Of a stretch of 64,000 nt of DNA, positions 61,541 through 64,000 are shown one piece after another. The stretch's first letter is position 1. Every line of letters starts with the position of its first letter. The DNA lies in NCBI RefSeq assembly GCF_018350175.1, contig NC_058368.1:234052001-234116000 (forward strand), in the 5' to 3' direction. Under the pieces are notes generated by a model. That model saw only the letters and a list, made by a program, of their open reading frames with translations, ran no database searches and was not told the DNA's origin. The DNA is from Felis catus (taxonomy: Eukaryota). The translations under genes and the position numbers were made by a program.

Positions 61541-62594
61541 ATCCATGAAAGGTTAGGATGCTGCAGAGAGGAAGCATGAAGGTTATCAGAGAGCCACAGC
61601 CACAAAGGCCCAAGGAAATTAAACCCTAAGGAGTGAACAATTCAATCCAGGAGTGAGAAGGGAAGGAAGGTGTGGAAATCTGATGAAGTCTGAGGTCAGC
61701 AATAAGAAGAGACACTGCACAGGAAGAAGCCAACTCCAGGTGGTCAAGGAGACTCTGAGCTGTTAGGTTTCCTTGCAGTTCATGGTTATCTCATGGTCAG
61801 CTTAGCCTCTCTTAGCTATGTAACTGCTTAGGCACAGTGGAGAAGACCAGGAGATTCAAGGCAAGTTCTCCCCCACTATGGGGCTGAGAAACTGTAGCTG
61901 ACATCTGGATTATACTTAGAATGTAGAGTAATTCAGCCCCGGAGCCAAAGTGCTGCAGAGCCCCTGGGAGTGGCTCCCCCATGTGCAGTGATAGAGGGCA
62001 GTCCTGTGGCCTGATGGCCCGCACGTTCCACAGATGGCTCTGAGTGGCTTGGGTTTCACAAGTGGCCTCACGAAGTAGGCATATGACAATGAAAAATGTC
62101 CAATCTAGAGCATCTTCGAACAAACATTTATTTAGAACAAGGAGATAACGAGAGATTATTTTCATTTCTAGAACACCACAGATGCTGTTCATTAGGGTAT
62201 GTCAATCAGAAACAATTCTTTCATGTATGTGAGCTCATTGTCAAGAATTCCCAGGGATTCATTTGAGCAAACTGGAAGGACTTCTTCATAACCCAGTCCT
62301 AAAATCTAAGGAAGCCAGCAAGGGAGAAATACAGGGTTCGTGTAAGAACCCCACACAGACATTTCAGCTGGATGCTGGCTTAATAAACACAGCTTTTTTA
62401 TCTACCTCCATTATGATCAACAGAATGTTTTTTAAATTGATTTTTGTTCAAGGTTTGCTGTTTGTAAAATGTGAATCAAGTCAAGTAAAAGAATCTCCAC
62501 ATTATAAGAACCAAAACAGCGTGACATAACTTGGAATCTGGAATTCAGGCTCATAACCAGCACCCCCTACATAATCAATACAGCGAAACCTTTA

Positions 62595-62750
62595 CAGAAG
62601 TAGAAGATCTGAGTTCAAATCCCAGCTCTAATATTTGCTAGTTCAATGAAGACCGTAGGTGAAACCCCTAACCTGTCTGTCTGAGCTATGGCTTTCTCAT
62701 CTAATACATGTGGTATTGTGCTATATGTGAAAAATGTCATAAGAATGAAA
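62595..62750 (+). mobile_element. MIR SINE
   Basis: AGAAGATCTGAGTTCAAATCCCAGCTCT..TAACCTGTCTGTCTGAGCT..TTTCTCATCT. Confidence 0.8.
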
Positions 62751-63292
62751 ATTCTAGTTATTAAAGAGTCCATAAAAATGACCTGTGCACCCTAGCAATG
62801 TCTATCTATGAATATTAATCAAGGTTTAGTCGTCCAAACAAAAGTCTATCGGAGGCACTTGTTTAATTTAACACATTATATTTAGCACAATACAGTTCCT
62901 ATCTTCTCCAAAAGACATTCGTCAATATTTGCATTCTGTCTCTCTGCTTATTGAAGTTTCACAGAAAACTGCTATTGGTGTTTCGTAGAAAATTAGCAAA
63001 AAGTCTCTTTCCAAAGCTATTTAAATAAATAGCACATATCACTCTCAAACACACACACACATGCACATATACTCATTCATATTCACAATGTACTTCATTA
63101 CAAGATGTTATTTATGTTACCAACTTTGCCTGCTGGTAGCAAGTTCAGGAGTTTGTTGAACTAAAAACCCTATTTCTCGTTTCCCCTGTTGGTATTCCTT
63201 GAAGACTGTGCTCACTGCCAAAGTTTGGAAAATGATCATGGCTGCAAAGCTATATTTGTCATTTCGTTCAATACCCTTTACAATATTCTGGG

Positions 63293-63449
63293 TTTTTTTT
63301 TTAAGTTTATTTATTTATTTGAGGGGTGGGGGGAGAGAAAGAGAGAGTATGAGCAGGGGAGGGGCAGAGAGAAGTGGGTAGAATCCCAAGTAGGCTCCAC
63401 ACTCAACACGGAGCCTGACATGGGGCCTGATCTCACAATCGTGCACCCC
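63293..63449 (-). mobile_element. Can-SINE with internal deletion of the tRNA-related head
   Basis: Jumps from CACAATCGTG directly to CACCCC; TSD ACCCTTTACAATATTCTG/ACCCCTACAATATTTCTG. Confidence 0.88.
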
Positions 63450-63789
63450 TAGACCCCTACAATATTTCTGACAAGGCGTCATGAAAGGCCCCACACATGG
63501 TCAGTGACAGTATGGAACAAAGACATAGCTAAAGCAATGTTAGGAGAAGAGCAGTACCTGAATTCAGATTCGGGGATGACAGAGTTGGGGTACTCTTGAA
63601 CTTAGACTCCTGAAGTAACAGTCCTTGGAAGTCACTTTCAAAAAAGAAAGTCCTGGAGCCTTTACTGTGAGCTTATTTAGGCAAAAACAAATCTCTATAT
63701 CTCTGTGTACATCCAAAACCTCCAACACAATGCCCAAAAGCACGTGTCAAAATTCTGTGATGACCAAGATCACATAGGACAAAACTTCA

Positions 63790-63945
63790 TTAACCCTGAT
63801 GTAGATTCAAATCCTTAGGAGGAAAAGGGGTCTTGTTAAAATGCATGTTCTTATACAGTAGTTCTGGGATGGGGCCCATGAATCTCCATTTCTAACGAAC
63901 TCCTAGGTGAGATCCATGCTTCTGATTCAGGGACCATAGTTAGAG
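63790..63945. mobile_element. MER5A-like hAT MITE
   Basis: TCTTGTTAAAATGCA..CAGTAGTTCTGGGATGGGGCCCATGAATCTCCATTTCTAACGAACTCCTAGGTGA..GGGACCATA. Confidence 0.8.
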
Positions 63946-64000
63946 TAGCCAAAGTTTGGGGACTGTAGATCCATCAAGTGTCCCAGGTATTTCTTATTAC

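Noticed and set aside
11122..63452. Recurrent ORFs such as MAQSVKRPTSAQVMIS.. / GAWVAQSV.. / ERERER
   Set aside because: They are translations of Can-SINEs and their microsatellites, not a gene family.
1..64000. Novel multi-gene, prokaryote-style system (CRISPR, retron, DGR, defence operon)
   Set aside because: The DNA is mammalian and repeat-rich. The only RT is canonical L1 ORF2p, and there are no regularly spaced repeat-spacer arrays or operon-like ORFs.

Overview
This is mammalian, non-coding, repeat-rich DNA from a cat-family (Felidae) genome, judged from felid-type Can-SINEs (GGGGCGCCTGGGTGGCGCAGTCGGTTAAGCGTCCGACTTCAGCCAGG...) and a carnivore-type L1. The window opens inside the 5' UTR of a near full-length LINE-1 (1-~5760). 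Its ORF1 is intact (734-1624), but ORF2 is dead, with 3 nonsense codons and 4 frameshifts. The remainder is intron-like or intergenic DNA. It holds about 29 tRNA-derived Can-SINEs (many with readable TSDs, several nested, tandem or inverted), old L1M and L2 fragments, MIRs, MaLR/ERVL/ERV1 LTRs, an ERVL pol remnant and several DNA-transposon MITEs. I recognise no host protein-coding exon, RNA gene or CRISPR-like array, and almost all listed ORFs are repeat-derived or chance. I see no evidence of a new multi-gene system. The best leads are a perfect five-unit heat-shock element (44495-44519), a CpG-rich Tigger-like MITE inside a MIR, an orphan L1 5'-end insert in an ERVL nest, templated-insertion repair scars, close inverted SINE pairs and a few exon-like segments. 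Repeat subfamily names come from recalled consensus sequences, and old-repeat boundaries are approximate.
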